Below, piece after piece: positions 37,007 to 50,236 of a stretch of DNA of 64,000 nucleotides. Each line of letters starts with the position of its first letter. The stretch's first letter is position 1. The stretch lies in contig CM069151.1 of the NCBI GenBank assembly GCA_035221665.1, forward strand, positions 40,238,001-40,302,000. The letters are read 5' to 3'. The notes beneath the pieces were generated by a model. It was not told where the DNA came from. It worked only from the letters and a program-made list of their open reading frames with translations, and did not search any database. The position numbers were made by a program, and so were the translations under genes. The stretch is from Okamejei kenojei. Its lineage: Eukaryota.

Positions 37007-39529
37007 AATCAAAATTGTAAAGTCAGTTTTGGAAATCATCTTGTCTGAAGGAGTTTTTGTGAACATCTTCACAATGTGAGTTGTTTTCTCCCTGATCAGC
37101 TGCGGGCAGGTTACCGAGGCAGCCGCTCCTCAGTTCGTAGATATTCTGAATACTTACTTTCACATTGATAACTGAATACATTCTGTAGTCAATCAATACA
37201 ATTCTCCTCAAAAATATTTTTTATTTATTTATCCATGTGAATGTCTTCGACCAAGTTATACATTAAAATTGTATTTTAAGTTGTGGGGGAGGGGGGCATT
37301 GATTTTAATGCAATTTTTAATCTTTCAAATCGCAGATATTTGTTTTGCCCTATCATTTTTTTTTACAGTGAAACAAAAAAAAAGACAAAAAATTGTCTTT
37401 CTCTTCATCATTCCCCTCTCACCCGGTCTGTCTACTGGACCCGGTGTGTTCTCTCTCCACAGTGCGTTGCCGTTATATTCTTTGTGTCTTCCCCTTTCTC
37501 TCTCTACCTGTCCCTCTCATCCCACCCTATCATCAAATATCTCCGCTTCCAACCCCACCTGTCTCTTTTTATCTGTCCCTCCCTTTCTCCGTCTCTCACT
37601 GGAGTTTGGGGATCAGTCTTATTCTGTAAGTGTCTGCGCTTCGGTCGGGCTCGGTCTGGTCGAGGCCCAATTGATTCCCTTCACGAAAGACCTTGAACAT
37701 GTTTGAAATCAGACGGGTCTTTTTAATTCTCCGTAAAGGACCAGGATTGTGAAGGAGCCGAAAGGTCGCAAATTGCGACAGATCAGTAAAAGCAGTGACG
37801 GACAAGTGGAACATTGAACATGGGGCATTTATTCTTGTTGGGGCGACGGTGCAAATATTGCCGAGAGGGATTTGCTGCTGTTTGCTGCAGAAATATGTTG
37901 ACAGAACACGGGACCAACCGGGCTTAAGTGGAAAAATCGAGACACAATTATTTAATAGTGGTGGATGGAATGGAACATAATGTCAATTTAATGGCGTATA
38001 AATTCGGAGTGAATGCAGGGCCGGGGGTGGTGTATGCGAGGACAGGGTTTGCACTTGTCACCAGAGACAAGGAGTGTAATTGGAGAAGGAGACAGACATC
38101 CGATCTAAACTGCCTCAATGTGCTTTTCTGTCGGTACATCTCTCTGTTCTCCAGCTTCCCCCAGTCCTGCCCTGCATCAAGCCCACCCTGCCCCACCCCA
38201 CCCCACCCCGCCCCGCCCGCTCTTCATCCCTCTGCAGTTTGATCACTCATTCAGATGTGATTATCTGGGGGGCGTAGAGGCGATTTTAAACGGCAGGTTG
38301 CCACGAAGTTTTAACCCGTTCATAACTACCCACCCCCACCCGGCATCGACAGCGAGAGCCGAGTGCTGGTAAATACTCCACCATCCAGCAGCATTTGTGG
38401 AGCAGGAACCAAGTGCCCAAGGGACGGTGAAGTGGTGTCACTGTTCGGCGCTGTGTCCAAACTGCCCAAGCCTCTGCTGAACCCGATCAAGGGGGGGAGG
38501 GTCAGGCTGTCACCGACACCTGGCCAGACCAGACTGAATCGTTGCAGCGGCGCAAAAGAAAGGAGAGCTTTAAATGGGCACCACGTTTGAAATCTGACCT
38601 AAAATTCGCGGTTTCCGCGCTATTTCACGAATGAACCCGGCGCCTTTGCTCAAAGTCCTCGCCCGTCTGTGTAAAACTGCCGGCTCGCCTCTTTGCGAAA
38701 GGGATCGTCTGGGTCTCTTAATAACGAGTAGGGGGACTCGCCGGTGAGCGGATTGCGCCAGCATGCCGGGCTGTTAATCAAACGAAATCCCAAATGAAAA
38801 GAGTGAGAACCGGACTCGAAACAAAATGTGAAAAAACTATCCCACAGCATTGTGGAGAGAGGCAAAAAGGGCAGGTCCCCGGCACAGTGTGAACCACCTG
38901 CTTCGCCCCCGCCGGATTATTTTAGATTCCCATTGCAACGAGTTCTCGGTTTTAAAGCGACATTTAAAATGTGTGGATATTTTGTTTTAAATCTAAACAA
39001 CCCATTTCCTCTTTTGGCAATATTCTGTGAAAGTAGAATAAAAAGGCGTAAACCTGCTTGGAGGTGGACAGAGCTCGTGTTTGGTCTGCAGGGGCCGAAC
39101 ATTGGGTAGAAGTTGTTCAGTGATGTAACGCCGTGGCAGAGCCTGGGAGGGGCGGGAGCCTTAGACCATTGTTGCCGCGCTGACACTGTTGGAGACTTTA
39201 AACACTGGCATTTAGAGGATAACTTCACTTCCAGCAATGTAAACATTTGCACAATAACATTAAGAGTAGGTTGTTTCGACACAGCACATGCTGGCGTTTC
39301 CTAAGCTCGTACACGTTCTAAATTCATGGGAATTCGTTTGATTTATTGCTACCTTTAATTTCGCCGTATCCCCTAGTTTTATAGAAGGGCCACGTTCAGT
39401 TCGTGTAACTGTGTGGACGATGGAGTAATGGGGCATTGGGGTCAGAGTGGGATGTTAGCAACCATCTGTAATTCCACCCTGGTTAGACACACACACCCAA
39501 TTTATCTCTCAAATGTTTTCTCTTTTTAG

Positions 39530-39710
39530 CCTCGTGAGCTGTAAATTACTGTGACTGCACTTATCGGCGAACAGGGACCGCGTCCGAACCATGTTGTTGG
39601 GAATTGCCTACTACTGCCAGTAACCAGTGCCCATCAAACGTCAGCGAATTGGAGATCCTCAGAGAGGCATTCTGTTTTGCGATCAATTTCATCCTCTTAA
39701 ATTTTACAAG
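39530..39710 (+). other. Candidate non-coding internal exon (181 nt) with a 10-codon uORF
   Basis: Acceptor ttttctctttttag| and donor AAG|GTAAGC. Early stops in all three frames. ATG at 39591 to TAA at 39623. Confidence 0.55.
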
Positions 39711-39897
39711 GTAAGCAGGTCCTTCTTTCCGTACTCGGTTTTAAAACATTAATCGGATGATGCAGTTTATGGGTAATTGAAGAGTGCGGCACTGGCCTCC
39801 GGTGATAAACAGATGTTCAAGCATAACATGCCCGCTCTCTCTCTTCTGTGTTATGGGGAATCGCCATTCCGGACGGAGCTGACGCTCACGATAAACC

Positions 39898-39928
<31 letters not shown>

Positions 39929-40089
39929 TCCACCCCCCCCCCCCCCCCCCCCCCCCCCCTCTATCTCTATCTCTCCCAAAAAGATGAATTGAGATGTTTC
40001 AATTTTTTCAGTTGATAGCTTTTTGTCTGTTTGGGGACTGGGGACCAAAGATGTTATCGAATCAAGAACGATATACTTCAAGGGCGGGT

Positions 40090-40312
40090 AAAACACAGAG
40101 TGCTGGAGTAACTCAGTGGGTCAGGTAGCATCTATGGAGGACATGGACAGGCATGGAGGACATGGACATTTGGAGGACATCTATGGAGGACATGGACATT
40201 TGGAGCCCGGATCCTTCTCCAGACGTCACCTGGGCCGTTCCCTCCACTGATGCTACCTGACCCGCTGAATTACTCCAACATTTATTTCAGCATCTGCAGT
40301 TCAGGGTCCCTC
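40090..40312. mobile_element. Palindromic Penelope-type short element with internal tandem expansion
   Basis: Family arms present. tggaggacat(ggaca) repeated about 4 times at 40135-40205. Confidence 0.7.
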
Positions 40313-40688
40313 TAATTTAAGGGCGGAACGGACCTGTTGGGCCGAGTGGCGTCCCCTGGCTGCGATATTAGTTCTCACATTGCTGAGGGATATTGTGTCA
40401 GGGGCCCATTCACTGTCCAAGGGTCTGCCTCCACCGTCAGTATCGCGGGGTTGGAGGGGCAATGCAAAAATCCTTTCCCCATTTGAAACCGGACACGTAA
40501 ATTGGAAAAATCCTTTCTAAAAATCAAATGATGTATAATTTCGAAATCGTATTCACAAGTGGGAGGGGTTTACTATATAGTTACCAATATTTCCTATTTA
40601 AATAGTCCTAGTATTGATATTTACGTGCCACTAAGATGGAACAACATGGGAAGAAAATGGTTACCAAGTTCAGACATCTAATCATATT

Positions 40689-40810
40689 TGAAGAAGTGTC
40701 TCGGCCTGAAACGTTGCCTATTTCCTTCGCTCCATAGATGCTGCCTCACCCGCTGAGTTTCTCTAGCATTTCTGTCTACCTTCGATTTTCTAGCATCTGC
40801 AGTTCCTTCT
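40689..40810 (+). mobile_element. Penelope-type short element, 10-bp TSD
   Basis: TSD taatcatatt at 40679-40688 and 40811-40820. Starts within the hammerhead core (tgaagaag). Confidence 0.82.
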
Positions 40811-41344
40811 TAATCATATTCTCCAATCATTGGTGAAAATGTGCTACTAGTTTAAATAGACATCCACTCCAGCCTCCTCCTCCACATCTCATATGACTCA
40901 CTCGCGTCAAAAAAAAATAGTGCATGGCCCCGGTTGTATTGCTTATTAATAGCCGGCCGTTTTCTTAATTCACCCCATCATTATTAAAACTACACACACG
41001 CACAAAGCACACAACCCAAAGCAATTTGATGATGTATATTAAAAAAAACCAAATGCGGATATTTATACACATTTTACTTTCGTTGAAATAATACTTCAAT
41101 ATATTCAATAATTCAATAGAACACATTACATAAACCATGGGTCCTCAATACTAGACACAATTTGGACGTCCAGTATTTGTAGTTACAATGCTTTCATGGT
41201 AACACATATATTTTTAGAACCAATCTGAATTCACATCAACTACCGACCTAATCCGGTACTTTTAGAATCTATGGACATTTGCCCGATCAGTCATTTTTGG
41301 CTAAATTATATTCTGAACAAAATTCAGGCGTGCTATTGACATTT

Positions 41345-41510
41345 AGGTACTTCGAGCCGGCACCGACATTCAACATGATCATGGCTGATCATCTAAAATC
41401 AGTACCCCGTTCCTGCTTTCTCCCCATACCCCTTGAATCCTTTAGCCTTAAGAGCTAAATCTGTCCATCGAAAACGTGTTGAGTTGGCCGCCACTGCCTT
41501 CTGTGGCTTC
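41345..41510 (-). mobile_element. CR1-type LINE 3' end
   Basis: ttcgagccggcacc..atgatcatggctgatcatc..cagtaccccgttcctgc. Confidence 0.8.
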
Positions 41511-44501
41511 GCTGACGGCCGACCTGTCGCCCTCCTCACGTTTCATTGCACCTCAGCCCCTCTGGCGCAGTCGTTCATCTATCTCTCGATTTCATTCTAA
41601 TTTTTTCTATGTCCCTCTCTTTTGCTGCGCGTCTGTGTCCCCCGCTCTCCTGTTTCTATTTATTTTTTTATCAATTTATTCTTTTTTTTTTCTCTTTGTC
41701 AATTTATATTGTCTTTTCCCCTACCTCTTGCGCATTTCTTTATTTCTCCCCCTCCCCACCCCGCCCTTTGTCCCTCTCCCCTGCATCTTTATGTTCCTCT
41801 CGCTCTGATCCCAGTTTGAGATCGATTACACCAGGAAATGCGACAAATTAGCGCTGCTTAGTGAGCCATTTAGGCGTCGAATAAAAAAAAATCACTTACA
41901 GCATCCCTGCAGCGTGAGATCAATAATTTCTGAACTTCGCCTTTTTAAAACGTGCACCAGACCGTCGCCGCGCCGCTGGGGGAGGGGCGGGAGCTAATGC
42001 ACTGGATGTCGCAATACTGCGGCATGTCCTTGTCAATATGTTACTCCAGATGCTGGGTTATTTCGAGTACAGTGGAAAGACAGAGCGAAAGAGGGATTAT
42101 AGATTAAAGGAGCCATCCACTCTACTCAAGGGCAGACGAAATGAATACATTGCGCCAAGTGAATACATAACCTATTATGATTGTTAGGCACCAAAATATA
42201 TAATAACCTTCTTACTATATCTATGCAACTGCATCTTTGTAATTACCAACGGATCAGCGACTGCATGTAGCTAGATTGATTGAAAAAAAAAAGTTTAAGA
42301 GATATGATTATTACAAATATTAACTAATCAAAGACGGCGAAGACTAAATAAATACGGCGAGAGCAAAGATAGAAAGGTAAATAAAAGAGGCAGATGACTA
42401 AAAATACACAAGGACAGGTGCGTTTCCATTTCGGGAGGTGCAGATGGAGACAATGACATCCATGGCCAAACGAAAGGTTTGTTGTTTTATGTTGTTTTAT
42501 CTGTTCTCACGCGATCACATTTAAAAAAAAAACCCCTGCTGAACGTTCGCACGGGTGCTGATTATTCGAATACACAAACAATTAAAATTCAGCAATCAAC
42601 ACGTGCATACTCTGATGCTATTTAGTAACAAGTATATCAGAACCCACTCTAACTAACTGGGAAGCAGAATGTAAGCTAGATCATGAATTATCATCAGAAT
42701 TAAGTTATCGGTGATTTGGTCACCCCCCCCCCCCCCCCCCCTTAGTTTCTATTTACTTCGAGGCGCGTTTCATTATTCCCGGATTTATCTAATTCTTAGA
42801 GTGTGTACCATTCTTCTTAGAATTTCGTTATTCCAAGTCTGCATTACGTTATTCCTGTAAATCCGACATTCCAGGCCGCTTCACAGACTCATGGAAACCT
42901 GCCGTTATAGGGATGCGGTGTGTTGATCTTGGAATGCCGTTATTCCAGATCTGTGCTTTGGTATTCTTGAAATTTCGTTATTCCAGGATGCCCTCGTTAT
43001 TTGTGGGATTTCTTTATTTCGGGGCTGAGTTTTGACCACACAGACTATGTACATTGTTGAGGAGCTGGAATCGGATGGTTGTCTATTGCATGTGGGGAGA
43101 CAGCGTGCATTTAATTCAAACGTTAATATTGACAAAAGTTTGCAATCTGGTGCATTTAACGAATGCAGATTTCAGATGAAAGAAGGGAATCGTTCTCCTC
43201 CAAACTCAAAGGTTTCCCAGAGCCAGGAGACATATCAGATCATCGACAAGGGGCAGCGTCGTAATGGAAAGGGGTCTTTGGTCGCCGCAGTCGGGTTATC
43301 GATTAAAAACCCAGATAGAAATTGCAAAAAAAACATGAAATGTCAACGTGTTTTGTTTTTAGTTTGTTACCTTTCTGAGGAGGTCGGAATGTCATTACAA
43401 TATTTCGCTAAACGCTAGATCAGAGTACATTGTCAGAATGAGTCGAGACAGCTGGGAAGAGAGGCAGGGCGCCGGAATCCTAGAGGATTTAAACAAAAAA
43501 AGATTTAAAATCCTGGGACACGCAGATAGGTCCGGCTAATCCAGAGACATCGGATTATTCACTTGTTGGGTGAGAGATTAATATTTCCAATTGCATCTAA
43601 AACTAGCAAGACAAAAAACGAATTCAAAAACATCAAACGAGAGAAACCTCGCGTGCCAAATTCTCAGATGTTTATCCGTTTAAAATTATTATTTCATTAA
43701 AAGATTGATATTTTTATGTACGTTTACAATCGGGTCCCTGGCGTTAGAAAGTCTGAAATTGGAACTAGATCGTTTAATAGTTGACCTTTCGTTAACAGCT
43801 GAGCAAAAAACAACTATTAAATCTATTCGCGAGGAAACCGCTTATATCCCGTCGGTTCAAGGATAGAAACCATTTAACAGACAAAACAAAACCGTGGCTT
43901 GTATTTTGTAAATACGAGGCTGTAAATATTAATCCATCTTCAGAAGGTCGAGATAAAATGTTTGGGCAAATCTTGAAAATTTCAACATTGAGATTTAACC
44001 CGCCCATCCTTTAAATTCGCTGCCATAATTTTCCTTGATTTTCAACGACATACTCTGAACTGCAAATCTAGAAGTCGGTACATTTGCTCTTTACACCAAC
44101 AGGGGAAAGGAGGGAGACGGGCTCGCTGCATTTCGTTTAATTGCGACTTTCCCGTTTGCGCTGAGAAGCGGCAAATACAACTCAAGGTCGAACATCAAAG
44201 TTGTCTTCAGGTAGACGGAGCCAATAGGCTGCGTTTGGTGCAATGCAGTCCGTTGCCACCCCACCCTCCACACACACACCCTCCCCACTAGACACTGCCT
44301 CCGCGTTTCAATAAAGCCTTCACCAGTACACTTGCCGCATAAACCAGCGCTGACAAAACACGGCGCCTGCTAATCCCCTAATATTGCCTCAAACACCACA
44401 CCACCTCTTCGGTTAGCAGTGGATCCATCAACCCTCGGAAATGTATTGCCCGTCAATGAATCTTCTTCTGCGACTCTCGTTCGCGACAGAGTTCTCCTTT
44501 A

Positions 44502-44630
44502 TTGAAGAAGGGTCACCAACCCGAAACGTCGCCTGTTCATTCCCACCACGGATGCTGCTTGACCACTGAGTTCCTCCAGCATTGTGCTTTGCTCAAGGTT
44601 CCAGCATTTGCAATCCCTCCTGTCTCTACT
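44502..44630 (+). mobile_element. Older Penelope-type short element
   Basis: ttgaagaagggtcaccaacccgaaacgtcgcc..gatgctgc..ccagcatttgca. Confidence 0.7.
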
Positions 44631-45469
44631 TCACTTGCGCCACTGATCTTGCGACTCCCCCGCCACTTGGCTCCACCTGATTTCACCAGGTACCCTCGCC
44701 TGGAAAACACGTTCTCGTTCCCAGACCAAGGGTCGGTCTGAGTTGTTGCTTGGGCATTCAGTCAGGAGAGCGTCAAACTATTCCGCTGTTCCTCCCGCTG
44801 CAAGTCGGGCTGCCTTCCCCTTCCTCCATTGTCGCCTTGAGCTGCCAATGTCCTCTGGTGTCTCGGCAGCATCTTTGGCTACGCCAAGCCTTTGGTCAAC
44901 TAACACCGCTGGCAGGGCAGCTCCGTTTCCCTTTCTGCCTTCCAATCTCTCTCCCTTCTGGAGTCTCTGGAGAATTTTTGCTTTGGTTCAGTCAAACACC
45001 TTCACAATTTTCATCTGCTTTGTGATTCAGACCTTTTTACTCGAGACTCAAAACAAATATAGTTGACTTACTCTGAGATTGAGCCTAATACCACCAACAC
45101 TGAGACTCTGGTGACCACATTTCTATGAGATATAGATAAGATTAGTTTATCCTGGCATCATGTTAGGCAGACTGTAGCTGAAGGGTATGTTCCCCGCTGC
45201 GCTGTTCTATATTCTAAGTTCTTCTATCTTCTTGTGTTTACCTGAATTCACTTATTCTGTCTACCTGGATTTAGGTTGCTTTATCTCAGAATTGGGCGTT
45301 TCACTCGCCTGACTAGCAGCGGAGTTGGTAGACAAAAATGCTGGAGAAACTCAGCGGGTGAGGCAGCATCTATGGAGCGTTGTGTATCTCTTGAGAATTG
45401 CCACCCCTCCAAACAGACATCACCGGTTTTCCTCCCAGTCTACCACACCCTGACCCCTGCCACCATATG

Positions 45470-45605
45470 GAGCCATAGAATGGAAACAGGCCCTTCAGCC
45501 CAACTCATCCAGTTGATCACTTTATCATAGTCCCATTTGCCTGCATTTGTCACATGTCCCTCTGAACCTTTCCTGTCCACGTACATGCCCAAGTGTCTTT
45601 TAAAT
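45470..45605 (-). mobile_element. CR1-type LINE 3' end
   Basis: FKRHLGMYVDRKGSEG plus a gctgaagggcctgtttcc terminus. Confidence 0.75.
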
Positions 45606-46784
45606 AACTTGGGATTCATTCCCAATATCCAGCAATGTTATGGAACTGCATGTCCGGAGACCCTGAGTGTTTAGTTGACTTGCTCACTTTACATACAGTA
45701 CATTTCCTTATATTTATTGCGTGTAGATTATTTCAACACATTCCGCCCCCCCCCCCAAAAAAAATCTTCTAAGATTAAATCTTTAAAATCCAAAAATATA
45801 ATGACAATTTCTCCTTTAACTACAGTTTCTTTATAGCTAATTCTTTATCTATTCGATTTTCAATATTCTTTAACCCCTTCCCATGTAATCACTGCGAGCG
45901 GACTGTGGTAACTAAGGCAGTCATTGACTGTATTATACACAATATTATGGAGATTCTACCAGCAAAACAGAAGTCAGTGCTTTACGGGAGAGTGACATTA
46001 TCCAGCACCATTCAGAGCGTTGTGTACCACTTAACCAGAGCTAGTGACAAATCAGATTTCCCCCACTTCCCATCTATGATCTCACATCATTACATTTCTG
46101 GATAATGACAAATTGTCAGTCAGTTGGGCAAGGCAACACTCTCAATTCATCCAATTCCTCCATGGGCTGGAACTCCAGCCACTTTTTCCCCTTCTCTATA
46201 TATTTCTTTGTTCCTTAGATGAGCCCCCAGTACAATTCCAGCTTGTCCAAGTCCAATGAGTGCCTGTAACATTTTTTGCTCTTTAACGCCATGTTCATTT
46301 CCCTCCTGAAGCTCTCCTTCATGGGCTCAATCTCGTAACAGTTCTGATCTTAAGAGGGGGGAAAAAAAGTGTATAATTTTCACTAGCTATGATTACAGTA
46401 AATGATTGGGTTTGCGAACTGATGTACAACCATGATGATTTTCCAACTTAGGTTGGTTACAATAATATAAGCACAGGAAATTATGGATAAAATAAATTAA
46501 TATTTAGCATTTGGATGTCACTGACAAGGCGAGGATTTCTTATACATCTCTAAATGCCCTTGAACTGAGTGGCTTACTTAGCCTTTACATAATCAACTAA
46601 TTTGTCTGAAGATACTCCAGGCTCAGCCAGAGTGATAAAGTAAGAATGATAGATTTCCTCCTTGGAATGACATCTGTAAATGCAATGTTACATTTCAGAA
46701 GTTGTGTGAATGTCATTGCTACAGATGTATTTGTTAACATGACCTTATTAACTGAATTTCGCAGGCAACATTGTGGGATTTGTA

Positions 46785-46939
46785 TTAAAGAAGGAACTGC
46801 AGATGCTGGAAAATCGAGGGTACACAAAAGGCTGGAGAAACTCTGCTGAAGAATGGTCTCGACCCGAAACGTCGCCTATCTCCTTTGCTCCTTAGATGCT
46901 GCTGCACCCGCTGAGTTTCTCCAGCCTTTTGTGTACCCA
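46785..46939. mobile_element. Penelope-type short element with inversion and 13-bp TSD
   Basis: TSD tgtgggatttgta at 46772-46784 and 46940-46952. Core CTGAAGAATGGTCTCGACCCGAAACGTC at 46846-46873. Confidence 0.85.
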
Positions 46940-49249
46940 TGTGGGATTTGTAGTTGAATGTCTGGATTGTTAATCTAGGCAAACAATATAGACATCATTT
47001 AGCCAAAATTCTACCAATATAATGCACAATAGCCAATTAGGAGACTCATTAAATAAATTGCTGTCGATCTGCAAAAGGGATTAAGCTGCCCCTTTTGATT
47101 TTTTTACAATAAATGTGAAGATAAATGGACAGTTTTGCAACAGGTAAAGCATTCTAAAGCAACTTTTCAGGCAGACAAATCAATGTAGTTAATTCATTCA
47201 AGGTTTATATTATTACTTGATGCCAGAATGTTCAACGAATTTAAAGTGAAATTTATGTCAACCATAAAATGGTGCATGGAAGTTCTTCTGACAAAAGGTT
47301 TGAAATTAACTGCAAGAAGATATTGGTCATTAATCAGCATTTTACAATGAGAATTGGTGTCTTGAAAAAAAGTATTGAAAAAAAACTAAATATGTCTAGG
47401 GGTGGGGAAAGCAGGAGAGAGGCACTAATTGGTTCACTCTTCCATACAACTGTCCGAATGATGGGCTCAAAGATCTTCATGAACCCCCCCCCCCCCCCCC
47501 CCCCCCCCCTCTCCTAGCAGAATGCCACATATGGGAGCTGCAATTTTAGAACACTAAAATATTTTCACATATTTTAAATTCAGGAAGGAAAGGTGGCAAG
47601 GGAAATAGAATAAGGACACTAATTTCTTGGCACAGCTTCCCAAAACAGCCAACAATCTCTGGCTCTGCCTCCAAATAAATCGATTGTTTAGCATATCAGA
47701 CCATTAACCTGATTTACTCACAAGAGCAAAAGGATGTTTTTTCTACCCAGATAAGTGCCAATGCCAGCCTTGGATTAAAAGGGGTTTGACCTGCCATGTT
47801 TTCTATGCTTATTAATTACTCACCAACAATGGCTTTCAGTGTATGTAACTGCGCCATTTATTATGTGGATCATAATGTGTGGCACTGACTTCAGGGACGG
47901 ATGTACTACATAGGAAGCCTGGAGATTCTCAAAGCAGGTTAGGCTGACGTAGCAGTGATACAAACAGAGACCGTGTGAATATTATGGAGAAGAAGCCTTT
48001 TGCCTTTGGCATTTTACTTCTATTCCGAGTGAACAAATATTTAGCTCTGTGTTAGGGAGCTTCCACCACACTCTTGATTATATAACAATGCAAATGTATC
48101 ATTGTTCCAGTGTCATTCAAATATTTTGAGCAATTTATGGGAGGAACAGAAAGTGTGAAGAGAAGAAAGGGATTAACTGGCCATAGTGGTGGGGTGTGTG
48201 TGGAGGAAGGGTGGTGAAAGTCTCTTTTTCTCTTTGTTTTTGTCATATACATGAATGTGTGGTGTGCTTGCTAATGTCATTACACTGTGATCTATGTTCT
48301 TATGTTACTCTTATAATAATCTGAATACTCTGAGCGATAAATACCAAACAGATCCATTACTGACCAACAGGAAGGAAATCACAGTTGTTAATCCTTATGA
48401 TGATGCAGCATCATATGTAAGCACACCACACAGGCAGTGTCCACAAAAGCACTCATACTGCAGGCAGGTCCACTCTCTATAATTATTTGCAACATGTAAT
48501 ATTTTTGAGACTGCAAATTGGCTGTGGTAATTTTTTACCGAGATCATTACGTCCTTTTCTCCCCTCCATCATTTGTCTCACAGCATCCTCTCCCCCTGAT
48601 TCAGCTCTCTCTCCTTCTCCAGGTACGTTGCACTTTACATTGTGCCACACCTCATGCATTGTTCTTCCAGTGGATATCTCCCAAAATCATTCGACTGAAA
48701 CACAAATACTTTAATCCAAGATATTAACATATTTATTGCCTCGTTCTCAAGAATGAAGGAATTAATAGACATTTGGACACATGGAAAGGCACAAACTACT
48801 AGAAACCTGCATCTGCAATTCCTTTTTATTACATTTGGACATACAGTATGTCAATAAGAAAGGTTTAGAGGGCTATTGGTTAAATGCAGGCAGGAGGCCT
48901 AATGTGCCAACTTGGTTGGCTTGGACAATATATGCTGAAGGGCCTGTTTCTGTGCTGTATAGTTCACTGTCACAAATTCCTTACATCAACCATGCCCATG
49001 TGTTGTCTGTAGAATACACTTCTCTGCCATTTGAAACAAATATCTTTATAATTCCTCTTTGACGGGTTTAATCAACTAATATTTTGGTGCACCATCTCCC
49101 AAACTATCTAATTTCAATACCATTTAAAAGCCATGTTGCCTAGATATAATCATTTTCTTAATGAAGAAATATTAATTGTGGTAAATGGGCGCTTCTGTTG
49201 TGCACATGGGTTGGAGAGTTGAAAACTCTGATCTGTAGCATTATCTGAG

Positions 49250-49930
49250 GTTTAGAGACATAGAGTGATAGAATTATACAGCACAAAAATACACCCTTTG
49301 GCCCACCTTGTCCATGCTGATTTGATTCCCATCTCCGCTAATGTCATTTGCCCACATATGAGCCCATATCCCTCTTTTCCTTTCCATCCATACCAGTCTA
49401 AAAGCCTTTTAAACTTGGCAATTCTATCTACCTGTTCCAATGTTAGTTCATTCTGTACAACCACCATACTCTCTGTAAAAAAAACTGCCCAGCAAATCTG
49501 CTTTAGAATCTTCCCTCTCACCTTAAACTGGTGCCTTCTAGCTGTAGACATCCCTATCATGTGAAAAAAAACAATTATAACTATCTTCACTATCTATGCT
49601 CCTCACAAACCAAGGTCACACATAGCCTCCTGAATTTCAGAGAGAGTAAACCCAGTCTATCCAAGCTCCCCTTATAACTAAAGCCCTCCATTCCAGGAAA
49701 CATCCTGGTGAATCTCTTCTGCACAATTTCTAATGCTACCACAACCTTCCTGTATCTGGCGACCAGAACTGTGCACAATATTCCACGTATGGCCTGACCA
49801 AAGATTTGTTAACATGATGTCCTCACATTTTCCTCAATGCCGTGGCCTAGGATGGTAAACATACCAAATGCCTTCTTGACTAAAGTGTCCATTTTCAGGT
49901 GCTATGAACTTTGCATCAATACGCTTGAGG
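49250..49930 (-). mobile_element. Degraded CR1-type LINE 3' portion
   Basis: ORF 49590-49778 (LEIVQKRFTRMFPGMEGFSY..LDRLGL) and ORF 49252-49590. Confidence 0.85.
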
Positions 49931-50140
49931 TCCCTGCAACCTACTATAGATGTCTTGTTTATATTTGATGTCCCAAACTGCAGATGCAATCTCCCAGTTG
50001 TCTGGATTCCCCTCACACTTGTTTATTCTTGCTTTATTCCATTGCTTAGTTCTGAGTTCAGACTCAAAAGAAAGTCTACGATTGCTTTCGTTTTTCAGCA
50101 GTCCACCCTTGGATCACATTCACGTCGCTTTCTTTTGCAG

Positions 50141-50236
50141 TTGAACTCTGTAATCTGCTCTTTGCAACTATGAGGACTGAGTCGTGGAATCACCTTTGCT
50201 GCGGATCTCCCCCCGTCACATCAATGTACTTTGCAG
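50141..50236 (+). CDS. Candidate 96-nt phase 1-1 exon, (V)ELCNLLFATMRTESWNHLCCGSPPVTSMYFA; may instead start at ATG 50170
   Basis: Acceptor ctttcttttgcag| and donor CAG|GTAAGG. Open in the frame that continues MAKLLRRIA. Local CpG retention. Protein not recognised. Confidence 0.5.

Larger units (their letters stand above)
33180..45000. promoter_or_regulatory. CpG-rich domain 2 (broad, CpG-island-like)
   Basis: CpG retained even in AT-rich stretches and dropping off after about 45 kb. Judged by eye. Confidence 0.6.

Noticed and set aside
35118-50236. Naming the gene (ROR, FGF11-14, ELAVL, CACNB and BDNF-type multi-promoter genes considered)
   Set aside because: None of the N-termini I recall match, so no symbol was assigned.
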